Positions 1-9,714 of a stretch of DNA of 32,000 bases are shown here, in pieces (within the stretch, counting starts at the first letter, position 1; every line of letters begins with the position of its first letter). The translations under genes and the position numbers were made by a program. Below the pieces are notes generated by a model, which was not told the origin of the DNA, did no database searches, and saw only the letters and a list, made by a program, of their open reading frames with translations. The DNA comes from Candidatus Jordarchaeales archaeon (GTDB lineage: Archaea; Asgardarchaeota; Jordiarchaeia; Jordiarchaeales; Freyrarchaeaceae): positions 353,703 through 385,702 of the forward strand of contig JAWAHN010000003.1 of the NCBI GenBank assembly GCA_038889235.1, in the 5' to 3' direction.

Positions 1-429
1 TTCCGCACTAAGTCAGCGAGTGACAACTCTACTAACAGTGAGCAAATAGCTTTACCACTCGGAGGTTTAAGTGGATCCGCACACATGGAGGCGCGGGCGG
101 AATAGTAGACTAGCAAAGTAGCGTGCCACCGGACTCTTATTCTTCGTAGGGGCTATTTAGGGAAGCGAGTAGGCGAGACAAGAACCTTGGGTTTTTCAGA
201 GGAGCTCTAAAAATTCTTTGCTGTTTTCTGGCAGTTTAGACGGCTTGGGTCACGTGAAATGTTGCTCGGCGCTCAACAGCGAGGCCTCGGTCTTTCAGCT
301 TCCCCAGACTATTTGCCTACTTTTGAGTCCTAGTTAGAGAGGCTTCTGTTCACGTTTTTAAGAAGCTATTTATTTATGATGTTTGAATTACAGTATCACT
401 TATTGTGGAACCTTTTCGGAGGGAGTTTA

Positions 430-1965
430 GTGGCTGGGTTTGTTGTTGCCTGGGATTTTGGGACAAGCAGCGTTAAGAGTGTTGTGTGCACGACTGAGGG
501 CGAGATTGTCGGCTCCGCTGTGGCTGGTTACGAGCTCTACCATCCTCAGCCTGGGTGGGCGGAGCAGAATCCTAAAGAGTGGTGGGCTGCCGTTTCCAAG
601 TCGACAAGGGAGGCTGTTGAAGCCGCTAAGGTTAGCGTGGGCGATATTGAGGCTGTCTCCATCTCGGCGCAGATGGCTGGACTGGTGCCAGTCGACCGGA
701 GAGGGGAGCCGCTTAGGCCGGCGATAATATGGCTTGACAACAGGGCTGAGAAGCAGGCTAAGCAGCTGGCGGGCAACATAATTTCTATGCTTCTGACCTT
801 TGTGAGGATAACTGGCGGGGCCCCGGGACCTAAGGATGTGGTATCGAAGATCGTCTGGCTTAAGGAGAACGAGCCGCAAGTGTTCGAGAAGGCGTACAAG
901 TTCCTTGACGCGAAGGACTACATCATTTTCAGGCTTACAGGCAAGTACTACACTTCTTGGGACTGTGCAAGCGTAACTTGGATGTTTGACAGTAGGAAGG
1001 GGAAGATGAAATGGTCTGAGACTATATGCAGGAAGGCTGGCATACCAATAGAGAAGCTCTGTGAGCCTGTTCCGTCGCCTACGATAGTCGGTGAGTTGAC
1101 GGCTGACGCAGCTAAAGACCTCGGGCTTAAAGAGGGAACGCCGGTGGTCTGCGGTTGCGGGGACATCACGGCTGCTACCGTTGGGAGCGGGGCTGTGAGG
1201 GAGAAGCAGGTCCACGCGTATATAGGGACTAGCAGCTGGGTTGTGGCCCCTGTGAGGGACAGAAAGCTAAGCATAAGGTACTACATTGGCTCACTCTGCA
1301 GCGCCGACCCAACGAAGTACATTTTGGTTGGTGAACAGGAGTGCTCGGGTGTCTGCTACAGGTGGCTTAGAGACAATCTAGGTTACAAGTATGTGGTTGA
1401 AGGTGAAAGGGAGAGGCTGGAGGCTTACAAGATCATGGATAGGGTGGCGGCGGAGGCTGAACCAGGCTCGAAGAAATTGATCTTTACCCCGTGGATGTAC
1501 GGTGAGCGCTCACCTCTAAACGACCACACTGTTAGAGGCGGATTCATAAATTTGAGTCTGACGCATAGCGAGGCACATGTTTTGAGGGCGGTGCTCGAAG
1601 GGGTAGCATACCACATGCGGTGGATTCTTGAAGGGGTGCAGAAGCTCATAGGCAAAGTTACCTCGATCAACCTTATAGGAGGCGGGGCTCAAAGCGACTT
1701 GTGGTGCCAGATAATAGCAGATGTCACGGGGTCCGTGGTTAGGCAAATGAAGGACCCGCTGGAAGCGGGGTCCCGAGGCGCAGCACTCACAGCCTCCGTG
1801 GCTTTAGGCTACTACAAGAGCTTCGACGAGCTTGAGAAAGTCGTCCCGGTCAGAAAGGAGTTCGAGCCAAACCCGGCAAACAGGGAAATATATGACGAAC
1901 TTTACCAGAAGTTCAAATTGGTGTACAAAAAGCTGAAGAAGATGTACAAGGAGCTCAACAAGTAA
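430..1965 (+). CDS. xylB: FGGY-family carbohydrate kinase (xylulokinase-like)
   Basis: DFGTSSVK phosphate-1 motif, WAEQNP, ISAQM, IIWLDNR, GCGD, IGTSSW, GERSP, RAVLEG and GGGAQS motifs. Start moved from 376 to GTG 430, which follows GGGAG. The substrate is not certain. Confidence 0.85.
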   Translation: MAGFVVAWDFGTSSVKSVVCTTEGEIVGSAVAGYELYHPQPGWAEQNPKEWWAAVSKSTREAVEAAKVSVGDIEAVSISAQMAGLVPVDRRGEPLRPAIIWLDNRAEKQAKQLAGNIISMLLTFVRITGGAPGPKDVVSKIVWLKENEPQVFEKAYKFLDAKDYIIFRLTGKYYTSWDCASVTWMFDSRKGKMKWSETICRKAGIPIEKLCEPVPSPTIVGELTADAAKDLGLKEGTPVVCGCGDITAATVGSGAVREKQVHAYIGTSSWVVAPVRDRKLSIRYYIGSLCSADPTKYILVGEQECSGVCYRWLRDNLGYKYVVEGERERLEAYKIMDRVAAEAEPGSKKLIFTPWMYGERSPLNDHTVRGGFINLSLTHSEAHVLRAVLEGVAYHMRWILEGVQKLIGKVTSINLIGGGAQSDLWCQIIADVTGSVVRQMKDPLEAGSRGAALTASVALGYYKSFDELEKVVPVRKEFEPNPANREIYDELYQKFKLVYKKLKKMYKELNK

Positions 1966-1973
1966 CTTACGTC

Positions 1974-2288
1974 TTAACCTTCAACTATTTTTGATTTTAT
2001 GTGGCGCCCTACCTCCTCCTGGTTGCTATGTGGAGTTCCACTGGAGCACCCAATGGCAGGCGGTATTCGTCCATTGCTTTTGTAAGGATTTCCACGTAAA
2101 GATTTTCATGTCGACCTTTCCGGCACCACGATTAAGATGCTATAAATTGTTGTTCTATCTTCTGCGACCCGACTATAACGTATACTTTAGCGTTTGGGAA
2201 TGATTCCCCAGCGCTGCCTCAACTACGCTTTGAGCGTAATCCCTTCACTTCTAAGATGTTGAAAGTGGTAGCCAGCCGGGCTTAACAA
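1974..2288 (-). pseudogene. Decayed minimal nucleotidyltransferase (MNT) antitoxin remnant
   Basis: Manual translation across frames gives YHFQHLR / K*RDYAQSVVEAA / PNAKVYVI / VAEDRTTIYS-ILIVVP / LPLGAPVELHIAT. This resembles archaeal MNTs, with the DID catalytic segment apparently deleted plus several frameshifts and stops. Confidence 0.7.
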
Positions 2289-2678
2289 CGTCTTCAACCC
2301 CCTTAAGAAGTGCGGAGGATCTCTGCGGCTTCTAACAGGCCGTGGACATCCTTCTCAGAGTAATATACTTCGCCATGTCTGCTTTCGGTTTAGGCCCCTC
2401 TAAGTTCCTCTTTAAACTTTTGACGAACAAGCTCACTTTTTCGGACACGTCTCCAAGAAAGTTCCTTTTCAGGGGACTTTGAAAGAAAGCTTGGCAAGCT
2501 TCTCATGCCGCGGCCACGGACACTTTTCAAGTGACTTGTAGCATACCGCACTTAATGTATGTTCGAATGAATTGTTCCGCAGGGAACACAGCTAGGTTAG
2601 GGGGTCGAATGCCCCTTCTAGCTTTCCTGAGAAGCTTTCCGTTCGCTTCTCTAGTCCGGCGATGTATTCTCCACTCAA
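2275..2678 (-). pseudogene. Decayed HEPN-domain protein remnant
   Basis: Fragments MSGEYIAGLEKRTESF / NLAVFPAEQFIRTYIK / GEVYYSEKDVHGLLEAAEIL lie in different frames and resemble archaeal HEPN proteins. It sits directly upstream of, and overlaps, the MNT remnant. The 3' boundary is approximate. Confidence 0.7.
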
Positions 2679-2877
2679 AGTCCAGCCACTCTTTTCTGGG
2701 TTTGCCAGCATAACCAAGTGTGAAGGCTTAATAAAAGTGCTTAATTCAGAAAGCCGTAGGAGATAGGAGAAGGTCGATTCCGCCAACCGACCGCGGAACC
2801 CGGGGTTTTTCCTCGCGTCTTTCACGGCAACCATTATATCTTTGACTGTATTTTTCCTCACTCTTGGGGGTTGCGGC

Positions 2878-3996
2878 TTGGCTGAGTTAGAGGACCACGT
2901 CCTTCTAATTCTGTCTATTAAGAAAACGGGGAAGCTATTTGAGGGAGACCACATATGCGAAAAGGTTTCGAGGGATGCAAAGGTCTCCGAAGACGATGTC
3001 AGGAGGGTGCTTGCAAGACTCGTAAAGGAGGGATTGATTGAGGAGGCGGGCGGAAAGTACCGAATACTTCCAAAGGGCCTGGAGCGTTTAGAGGGAAGAA
3101 TTGGGAGTGTTTGGAGCCAGCTCAACAAATCCTACCGAGCTGTTTATCTTGCGAGGAAATACTACCCGAAGGTTGCAAGGCTCATGATACCCTACCTTGA
3201 AGGCAGGCCCGTTGCCGTGGTCAAGGTTTTCTCGGATGACAGTGACCCAATCAACAAGTTTAGCCCGTCGTTTGTAAGGTATGCGAAGTATAAGCCGGCG
3301 AAGCAACCGATACTTGTCAATAGCGAGAGGGAGCTCCTCGACCTCGTAGACCAGCATGCAGTCGACTTTTTCCCCGTTATACACGGGGCTGACGCTAGGA
3401 GACCGGACTGGCTCGTGTTTGAAGTAAGCGCAGGAAGAAAGTTTGGAGGCGACCTTGCTCCAGTTAAACTCGTCTGTAAGATTGCTTGCGAGTGTTTAAG
3501 GGATTACGGTGTCAAGCCTGCCGTTAAGTTTTCGGGCTCAAGGGAACTTCAGGTTTGGGCCATGTTCGGCGAGCACGGTCTCCCACGCGGATACAGGGAC
3601 TACTTCACACTATACAGGGAAATTGTTTCATTCGTTCAGAGGAGGGTTGAGGAGAGGATTCAAGGCGGCGAAGGGAAAGAGCTACTCTACAAGGTTACGC
3701 GTAAGGGTAAGCCTGCGACGACGACGCAGGTGGCCAAGGAAGAGGAGCGGGAGGACCAGGTGCTCATAGACCCCTCCTTGATTAAGCCGAACGGGGCGAT
3801 TAGGGCCCCATACTCGATGAACTATGAAACTTGGCTGACGTCTTACCCCGTTAACGACTTGGAGGGATTTGACCCGGAGATGGCCACCATAGAGAACACT
3901 CTTAGGGTCATGCCGGAGTTTAAGCTTGAAAAGTCAGACCCTCAGACGCTCATAGAAGCCGTCCTAAAGGAGAAGGGAAAGCAAGAGCACTTGTAA
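2878..3996 (+). CDS. wHTH-fused LigD/Prim-Pol-type AEP domain protein, probably catalytically impaired
   Basis: N-terminal helix-turn-helix-wing (VRRVLARLVKEGLIE..GGKYRI). Then PolDom-like segments YYPKVARLMIPYLEGRP, PDWLVFEVS, VKFSGSRELQV and VLIDPSLIKPNGAIRAPYS. Likely start is TTG 2878, downstream of ATTATATC. Confidence 0.75.
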   Translation: MAELEDHVLLILSIKKTGKLFEGDHICEKVSRDAKVSEDDVRRVLARLVKEGLIEEAGGKYRILPKGLERLEGRIGSVWSQLNKSYRAVYLARKYYPKVARLMIPYLEGRPVAVVKVFSDDSDPINKFSPSFVRYAKYKPAKQPILVNSERELLDLVDQHAVDFFPVIHGADARRPDWLVFEVSAGRKFGGDLAPVKLVCKIACECLRDYGVKPAVKFSGSRELQVWAMFGEHGLPRGYRDYFTLYREIVSFVQRRVEERIQGGEGKELLYKVTRKGKPATTTQVAKEEEREDQVLIDPSLIKPNGAIRAPYSMNYETWLTSYPVNDLEGFDPEMATIENTLRVMPEFKLEKSDPQTLIEAVLKEKGKQEHL

Positions 3997-4278
3997 CAGG
4001 AGACTTTTCACCATGCTGCCGAGCATGGAGACTTACACGGTTTAAAGCGAACTTTTCCTCAACGTTTCCTCACGGAAGCTTAAACATCTATTTCTCCTAG
4101 TTGTAAAAAGCGTGCTCCTTCTATTACAGGTTTAGTTCGGTGTTAGAGTTTGCTGGAAGCATTTCGCCAGGAGGGTTTTATGGAAATGTTTAAGAGCTAG
4201 CAGGATCGAGGAGCGTTCCTACGCTTCGAAGAAGCACCGCCTTGAAGGGTGACAAGAGGGTTGTAGTTGCGTGGGAGC

Positions 4279-4743
4279 ATGAGGATTTGGTCTCTTCATC
4301 CAAAGTTTCTTGACGCTAGAGGGCTTGTAGCTCTTTGGAGGGAAACTTTGCTCGCAAGAAAAGTTTTGGAAGGGAAGACCAAGGGGTACAGGAGGCATCC
4401 GCAGCTTGAAAGGTTTAAGAGGTTCAGGGAGCCTGTGGCCGCCATAAACTCCTACTTGTATTTCGTTTTCGAGGAGGCTGCAAGGAGGGGCTACCACTTT
4501 GACCAAGGAAAAATCTACTCCACGCCGATACTTGAAAGGGTGATTCCGGTCACAAACCTTCAGCTGAAGTTTGAGTTCGAACACCTACTTTCAAAGCTCA
4601 GGGTGAGAGATCCGAGCCACGCTGAGAGAATCGCCGGCGAAAAGCTGGACTGCAACCCGGTGTTCTTCGTCGTCGAAGGAGAAATAGAGCCGTGGGAAAA
4701 GCGTTCTCCGCTCGGTCCTCGAACAAACATGAACGATTTTTAA
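4279..4743 (+). CDS. Pyrimidine dimer DNA glycosylase / T4 endonuclease V family
   Basis: MRIWSLHP..LD..GLVALWRE.LLA..VL.G.TKGY..HPQL.RF family signature. The N-terminal Arg and the Arg-Glu pair match T4 EndoV catalytic positions. Confidence 0.85.
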   Translation: MRIWSLHPKFLDARGLVALWRETLLARKVLEGKTKGYRRHPQLERFKRFREPVAAINSYLYFVFEEAARRGYHFDQGKIYSTPILERVIPVTNLQLKFEFEHLLSKLRVRDPSHAERIAGEKLDCNPVFFVVEGEIEPWEKRSPLGPRTNMNDF

Positions 4744-5116
4744 TCTTTCCCGGCGAGCTTGTCGGGCTGCCGGCTGAGAAGTGTTCACTAGACTTAGAAA
4801 AAGCCACTCGACAGCTGAGACTCCCAACCTTCGTCTAATGCGAACACTCGAAAGGCGGCGGTTGGATTCAGGATCCTCGAAAAAGCTGGGGTTCAGCAGC
4901 GGTTGCAACAGCAACATTGTTGTCGATGCCAAACTTTTAAGAGCAGTTCTCTAGCACGTAAAACTTCCACGAGCCCTATTAAGGGTCAAGGTTTACTGTT
5001 GTACCTTTAATTTGTGCTCCCTCGCTTGGCCCCTTTTCAGTGGGCGCGTTTCTGACAAGCGGTGTTAGAATTACTTGACATCGAGCAGCCCACCGAGCCA
5101 CTGTTCTGCGTGCATT

Positions 5117-5575
5117 TCACTTCGTGGCGAAGAACTCCCTGAGCGTGACTACTTTTAACCCTAAAGACCTCATGTAGTTTTTGACTTCGTCTTTGAGAAG
5201 GTGCCTGTCCTCTGTCAGCATGTCTTCGGAGTAAAGCACGGCGACCGCTAGGTTTACTGCGTCCGAGGCGTAAAGATTCAAACTTATTTCTAGGTCTTTT
5301 GCCTTGTCTAAAAGTTTGGAGAGAGGGGCGACCTCTATGAAGCCCAGGCTTTCCATTTCTCTCAGCAGGCTGTACGCCTGAACGATTTTCGCTTCATTGT
5401 ACCTCGCTTTCACCAGCGCCCTCACGACTTCCAGGTATGTCCACTCGGAGATCACTGGGGTAACCCTCGACGAGAGAGTTTCGTCGCGCAGTTTTAACGC
5501 CTCCCTCTCGTGCTCCTCGCCGGCCTTAAACCACTTAACTACGACGGAGGAGTCTACGCATATCCTCGCGGTCAA
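5117..5575 (-). CDS. vapC: PIN-domain ribonuclease toxin (VapC)
   Basis: VDSSVVVKW, E..RAL, LYASDAVNLA and TEDRHL supply the four acidic PIN residues. Overlaps the upstream antitoxin by 4 bp. Confidence 0.9.
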   Translation of the reverse strand: MTARICVDSSVVVKWFKAGEEHEREALKLRDETLSSRVTPVISEWTYLEVVRALVKARYNEAKIVQAYSLLREMESLGFIEVAPLSKLLDKAKDLEISLNLYASDAVNLAVAVLYSEDMLTEDRHLLKDEVKNYMRSLGLKVVTLREFFATK

Positions 5576-5817
5576 CCTTCATCCTCTTCCTCGTGGGATC
5601 TCACAACGATCTCGGTCAGGCTCGGCATATCCTCCGTCCCTTTTCTGATTTCGTCGAAGCGCCTTGAAAGCTCGCCAGCCTTGTAGTGTCTCACCAGTAG
5701 CTGGAGAGCCCTGGAGAACGCTTCAGTCTTACTGCTGAAGTACCCCTTTCTGACCAGCTCCTCCACCGCCCTAACTATTCCCTCATCAAGCTTAAGGTTC
5801 ACTTGAACTTTAGCCAT
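5572..5817 (-). CDS. vapB: Ribbon-helix-helix antitoxin (VapB/CopG-like)
   Basis: 81 aa with RHH pattern VQVNLKLDE..VRAVEELVRKGYFSSKTEAF.RAL and an acidic tail. Translationally coupled to the PIN gene. Confidence 0.85.
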   Translation of the reverse strand: MAKVQVNLKLDEGIVRAVEELVRKGYFSSKTEAFSRALQLLVRHYKAGELSRRFDEIRKGTEDMPSLTEIVVRSHEEEDEG

Positions 5818-5965
5818 ACATTATACCTCCACTGTATAGATAAAAAGTCTAGATTAAAAGTGTTTTCACAACGTGAAGCAAGCACACCACGCCTCTCGAC
5901 ACACCCTCGCTTTGACGGCGACTTTTTAAGCACAGTTCGATGCTTGTGACTGTGGAGGCGGTTCC

Positions 5966-7558
5966 ATGCCCAGCGGGTTAATCAGCGGTGAAGCTGACTG
6001 CTGCGCAGCAGTCGTCATCTTAGACGGGTGCAGCGTTAAAATGCTCAGAAGAGCGCACACTCCAGTGATAAGCGAGGTCGCCAAAGCAGGCGCCGCCACA
6101 TTTAGGTGCCGCTCCGTCGCCCCGACAGCCACGTACACCGGTCACGCCTCGATAGTCACGGGCACCACACCTGAAGTGCACGGAATTGTCGGAAACTTCT
6201 TCTATGACAAGGCTGAGAGGAGAGTGGTCTGGTTTGACGTCGACGACGTCAACTCATACCTGGAAGCGCCGACGATTTTCGAGATCATTGGAGGCGGGGG
6301 GTGCGTCGGTGAGCCTGTTACGAGGGGGGCAACATTCAAAGTGTCCAAGGAGGATGTTCAGGCTAGGAGTGTGTGGGAGCAGGACTCTTACGCGATTTCC
6401 AAGGCTATAAGAATGGTCGAAGACGAGAGGCCGGCGCTCCTCGTGGTTAACATGCCGGGGGTTGACGGAGTGGGGGAGAGGTATGGTGCCTCGAGCAAGG
6501 AGTCCTCTAGAATACTGGAGGAGGACGATAAGCTGATCGGGAGGTTGCAGGAGGCCTTAGAGGAGTGCTATGAGGACTACCTGCTCGTGGTGACAGCTGA
6601 CCACGGAATGGTTGACGTTAGGGAAAACGTGGATGTTAAGGCTTTATTGGAGGAGTTTAACCCTGTGGTTTGCGCTTCGCACAGGTTTGCCCACATATAC
6701 TTGGAGGACGTGGAAGGAGCTGAGAGACTCCTCAAAAGGGATGGGAGGTTTAGTGTGGTTGTCTCGCGCGACGAAGCTGGGCTGATCTCCCTTAGGAGTG
6801 CACGCGCCGGGGACCTTATGGTCGCGGCTAAGCCGGGCTACGAGCTTAGCGAGCAAAGACTTAAGGGGAGCCATGGGGGTTTAAGCGTGGATGAGGTCTT
6901 CGTCCCACTTGTGGTAAGTAAACCGGAGTACGCGGATATAGTTAGGGAAGGTGCGTCAATAATGGATGTTGCAAGGATCGTCAAAAGGTATCTCGTCGAG
7001 AGGAAGTGCGTGAGGGAGGCGAGGCGGCTGCTTGAAAACGTGGACCCAGCACATGGATGGGAGCACGTGGAGAGGGTTCTCGCCTACTCTACGCGTTTAG
7101 CCTTGAAGTATGGGGGAGACGTTGAAACCGTGAGGCTTGCAAGCATACTTCACGACGTCGGTAAAGGAGTGGAGGGAGCCGACCACGCTGAGAGGAGCGC
7201 CGACGTGGCTGTCTCGCTCCTCCGCGGGGTGCTACCAGGCGACAGGGTCGATAAGATTTCCAGGGTTATCTTGCGCCACCACGCAGATCCAAACGAGCTG
7301 GAGGAGCTGGAAGAAGCTGTCCTCTGGGACTGTGACAAGCTTGACGCGCTGGGCGTCGTAGGCTTCGCAAGGTGCTTGGAAGAGGAGGGGTGGAAAAAGG
7401 GGGGTATAAGTAGCGCGGTGAAGCACTTGGAAAGGGACACTGCAGCGTTCGCCGAGAACATGCACTTTGAGGAGACAAGGCGTCTCGCGAGACTTAAGTT
7501 GAGGTGGGGAAAATGGGTCTTAGAAAGACTGGCCGCCGAAACAGGCTGGCGTTTTTGA
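5966..7558 (+). CDS. Alkaline-phosphatase-superfamily (NPP/phosphonoacetate hydrolase-like) domain fused to an HD phosphohydrolase
   Basis: N-domain: LDGC, PTAT..GHASIVTG, HGIVGN, APTIF, TADHGM, GSHGG. C-domain: AHGWEHVERV, ILHDVGK, DHAERSA, RHH, DCDKLDALG. Confidence 0.85.
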   Translation: MPSGLISGEADCCAAVVILDGCSVKMLRRAHTPVISEVAKAGAATFRCRSVAPTATYTGHASIVTGTTPEVHGIVGNFFYDKAERRVVWFDVDDVNSYLEAPTIFEIIGGGGCVGEPVTRGATFKVSKEDVQARSVWEQDSYAISKAIRMVEDERPALLVVNMPGVDGVGERYGASSKESSRILEEDDKLIGRLQEALEECYEDYLLVVTADHGMVDVRENVDVKALLEEFNPVVCASHRFAHIYLEDVEGAERLLKRDGRFSVVVSRDEAGLISLRSARAGDLMVAAKPGYELSEQRLKGSHGGLSVDEVFVPLVVSKPEYADIVREGASIMDVARIVKRYLVERKCVREARRLLENVDPAHGWEHVERVLAYSTRLALKYGGDVETVRLASILHDVGKGVEGADHAERSADVAVSLLRGVLPGDRVDKISRVILRHHADPNELEELEEAVLWDCDKLDALGVVGFARCLEEEGWKKGGISSAVKHLERDTAAFAENMHFEETRRLARLKLRWGKWVLERLAAETGWRF

Positions 7559-7699
7559 ACGTCTTTCGCAGACTGGCATGGAATACTGGTTGGAAACCTA
7601 TTTCGACAAAACTTATATTTGAGAAAGCTTCAACTTTAAGCTGGAATGTTCATAGTTTGTAGTTGTACTTTTTGAGAGTCATTGCATGGAGGTTGGCTC

Positions 7700-8527
7700 T
7701 TGAAAGTTATAGTGAAGGACGATGACGTGGATCTCTCCCGCGTCATTCGTAACGCTTCCGCTGGGGACGAAATAGTGCTAGAGAGAGGGGACTACATCGT
7801 CGGGGACGCGATAGTTAACGCTAACTTGTCTATCACGGGTAAGGGTGGCGGGCTGACGAGACTCATAATTGAAGGAGACGGCATCATCTGTGACGGGGTG
7901 ATGAGTCTCAAAATAGAGGGGTTGTCGTTCATCAGCTCAAGTGAGGGGGGAATATTCAATGTTAGGTATGGAAGAGTCGAGATGGTTAACTGCGAGTTCG
8001 CGGAGTGTAGGTCGTCTTCCTTCGAGATCGAGGTCGGAGTGGCCGTGCTCGACGGTTGCAGTTTCTGCAGAAACGAATACGGACTGCTGTCGAGGGAGGG
8101 AAGTGTGGTTTCCGTTAGAAACTGCAAGTTCTCAGATAACCAAGCTGCAGCCATCTGGATTGAGGGGGGAGACGTTAAAATCGAGAACAGCTTCTTCGAA
8201 AATAACGGGCTAGGCGTTGCGGCCACATGGAATTCCAGGGTTAAGCTCACCGGGAATACATTCGTAAATCACAGGTTTGACCCGGCAGTGGTGGTCATGG
8301 AAAGAGCAAGCGCGGTGCTACTCGGAAATTCCTTCAGTAATTGTCGCTGTGGGGTCCTCGTCTCCCGCTACTCGACGGTCACCATAGAGGAAAACACGTT
8401 CACCTCTTGCGGGGATGCTCGAACGCCAGCCATATCTATCAGCAGCAACTGCAGCATTAAGGGAAACATTCTTGAATCAAACAAGTTTTCAGAGCTACGC
8501 GGCGCCCCCCTAGAAGTTTTCAAGTAG
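7700..8527 (+). CDS. Right-handed parallel beta-helix repeat protein (NosD/pectin-lyase-like)
   Basis: Repeated [V/I]xNCxFxxN units with G-I/V turns. TTG start at 7700 follows GGAGGT. Confidence 0.8.
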   Translation: MKVIVKDDDVDLSRVIRNASAGDEIVLERGDYIVGDAIVNANLSITGKGGGLTRLIIEGDGIICDGVMSLKIEGLSFISSSEGGIFNVRYGRVEMVNCEFAECRSSSFEIEVGVAVLDGCSFCRNEYGLLSREGSVVSVRNCKFSDNQAAAIWIEGGDVKIENSFFENNGLGVAATWNSRVKLTGNTFVNHRFDPAVVVMERASAVLLGNSFSNCRCGVLVSRYSTVTIEENTFTSCGDARTPAISISSNCSIKGNILESNKFSELRGAPLEVFK

Positions 8528-8831
8528 TCCGGCGGGGGACCGCTTTAAAGGATGGGCTTGAAACGCGCTCTGCCTTGCACTTGGGGCACCTCGAAGGCTT
8601 TTTTGGTTCCTGTATGTTGAAGACGTAGCCGCATTTCAGGCAGCGTGGGGGAAGCATTACAAGCTGCCATTCTGAGTTCTGTGATGAACGGGCGATGTGC
8701 CTAATATCGTCAAGCACGTCCTTTTTATCTAATCCGAGAAGGTGGGATATCTCGTCCACGCTCAGTGGTGTGTCGCTCTCCTTTAACAATCTGAAGATTT
8801 TCTCGCGACGTGTCTCCCAAAAATCGGGCAA
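8520..8831 (-). CDS. HTH plus Zn-ribbon transcriptional regulator (COG3357-like)
   Basis: TRREKI..LL...PLSVDEI..LLG, then PPRCLKCGYVF...PSRCPKCK. Confidence 0.85.
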   Translation of the reverse strand: MPDFWETRREKIFRLLKESDTPLSVDEISHLLGLDKKDVLDDIRHIARSSQNSEWQLVMLPPRCLKCGYVFNIQEPKKPSRCPKCKAERVSSPSFKAVPRRTT

Positions 8832-9572
8832 CTATGTCGCCTCCCTTTCCAGCTTCAACACCAGCGGGGAGAAACACCTCTTATCGCAGGCAACGTTAAA
8901 CACTCTCACACGTCCAACCACGGCTTCCAAGCTGTCGTCGCGGCATCTGTGACTGTGACCGTGAAACACATAGTCCACCTCGTAGGCCTCCAGTAGCTCC
9001 ATGAACTTTGAAGCACCGCAGGTTTCTATCAGCGGGTCCCCTTTAACAGTTTCGGGTGTAGGGGAGAAGTGCAGTACAACTATTTTCAGCTTTGCATCCT
9101 CTATGCTCTTTAACCCCGCCTCTAGCTTTCTAAGCTCAGCATTAGTGGTCTTTACAGCCTTCTCGTACTTCTCGCGTTCGACGCTAAACCTGGAGCTAAA
9201 GGAGTAGTCGTACCACCCCATGGTTCCAGCTACCCCGATGCCCAAGTCGTCTAGAAGATATCCCTCCCCGTCTAGCATCTTTATGTCCCCCGGGGATGAG
9301 AGAACCCTCTGAAGACTTGGATCGTACCACTTGTCGTGGTTTCCCGGCACCATGAAGCGGTACCTAGCATTAACGGAGCGGAGGAGGTCTAAGGCCTGCC
9401 TCACCCTGGCGTCGTAACGCCTAGACATGGATAGGTCGCCGCAGAAGAAGAAGACGCTAACCGGGAGGTAGTCGAGCTTCCTCACACAGCTCTCGATGTT
9501 CTCAAGGGTGAAAACCTCTCTAAACTTGCCCTTCATTCCTATGTGGAAGTCTCCTGTTGCAGCTATGAGCAA
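8832..9572 (-). CDS. Calcineurin-like metallophosphoesterase
   Basis: Motifs GDFH, CGDL, PGNHD, LHFSP and FHGHSH. Abuts the regulator gene, so they are probably one operon. Confidence 0.9.
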   Translation of the reverse strand: MLIAATGDFHIGMKGKFREVFTLENIESCVRKLDYLPVSVFFFCGDLSMSRRYDARVRQALDLLRSVNARYRFMVPGNHDKWYDPSLQRVLSSPGDIKMLDGEGYLLDDLGIGVAGTMGWYDYSFSSRFSVEREKYEKAVKTTNAELRKLEAGLKSIEDAKLKIVVLHFSPTPETVKGDPLIETCGASKFMELLEAYEVDYVFHGHSHRCRDDSLEAVVGRVRVFNVACDKRCFSPLVLKLEREAT

Positions 9573-9714
9573 TTTAGGCTCCCCAGCCTTTTAGCACTGA
9601 AGTGCACTAGGAGACAAGGCGTGGAGCGATAAGTTTTTTTCGGCGTCGACCGAACTCATGTGATAAACAGCACCTAAAACGCCTCTCTAGGAGGGGTGTT
9701 TAACGGTCACAGGC

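Noticed and set aside
1-86. Open minus-strand frame MCADPLKPPSGKAICSLL running off the window start
   Set aside because: Too short, with no recognisable motif.
2035-2047. GTTCCACTGGAGC resembles an archaeal ORB element
   Set aside because: It is a single copy with no adjacent G-string or cdc6 gene, and it is explained as the GAPVELH codons of the MNT remnant.
4744-5116. Intergenic stretch with 113-aa and 69-aa minus-strand ORFs
   Set aside because: They overlap the glycosylase gene on the antisense strand, have atypical composition, and show no recognisable remnant.
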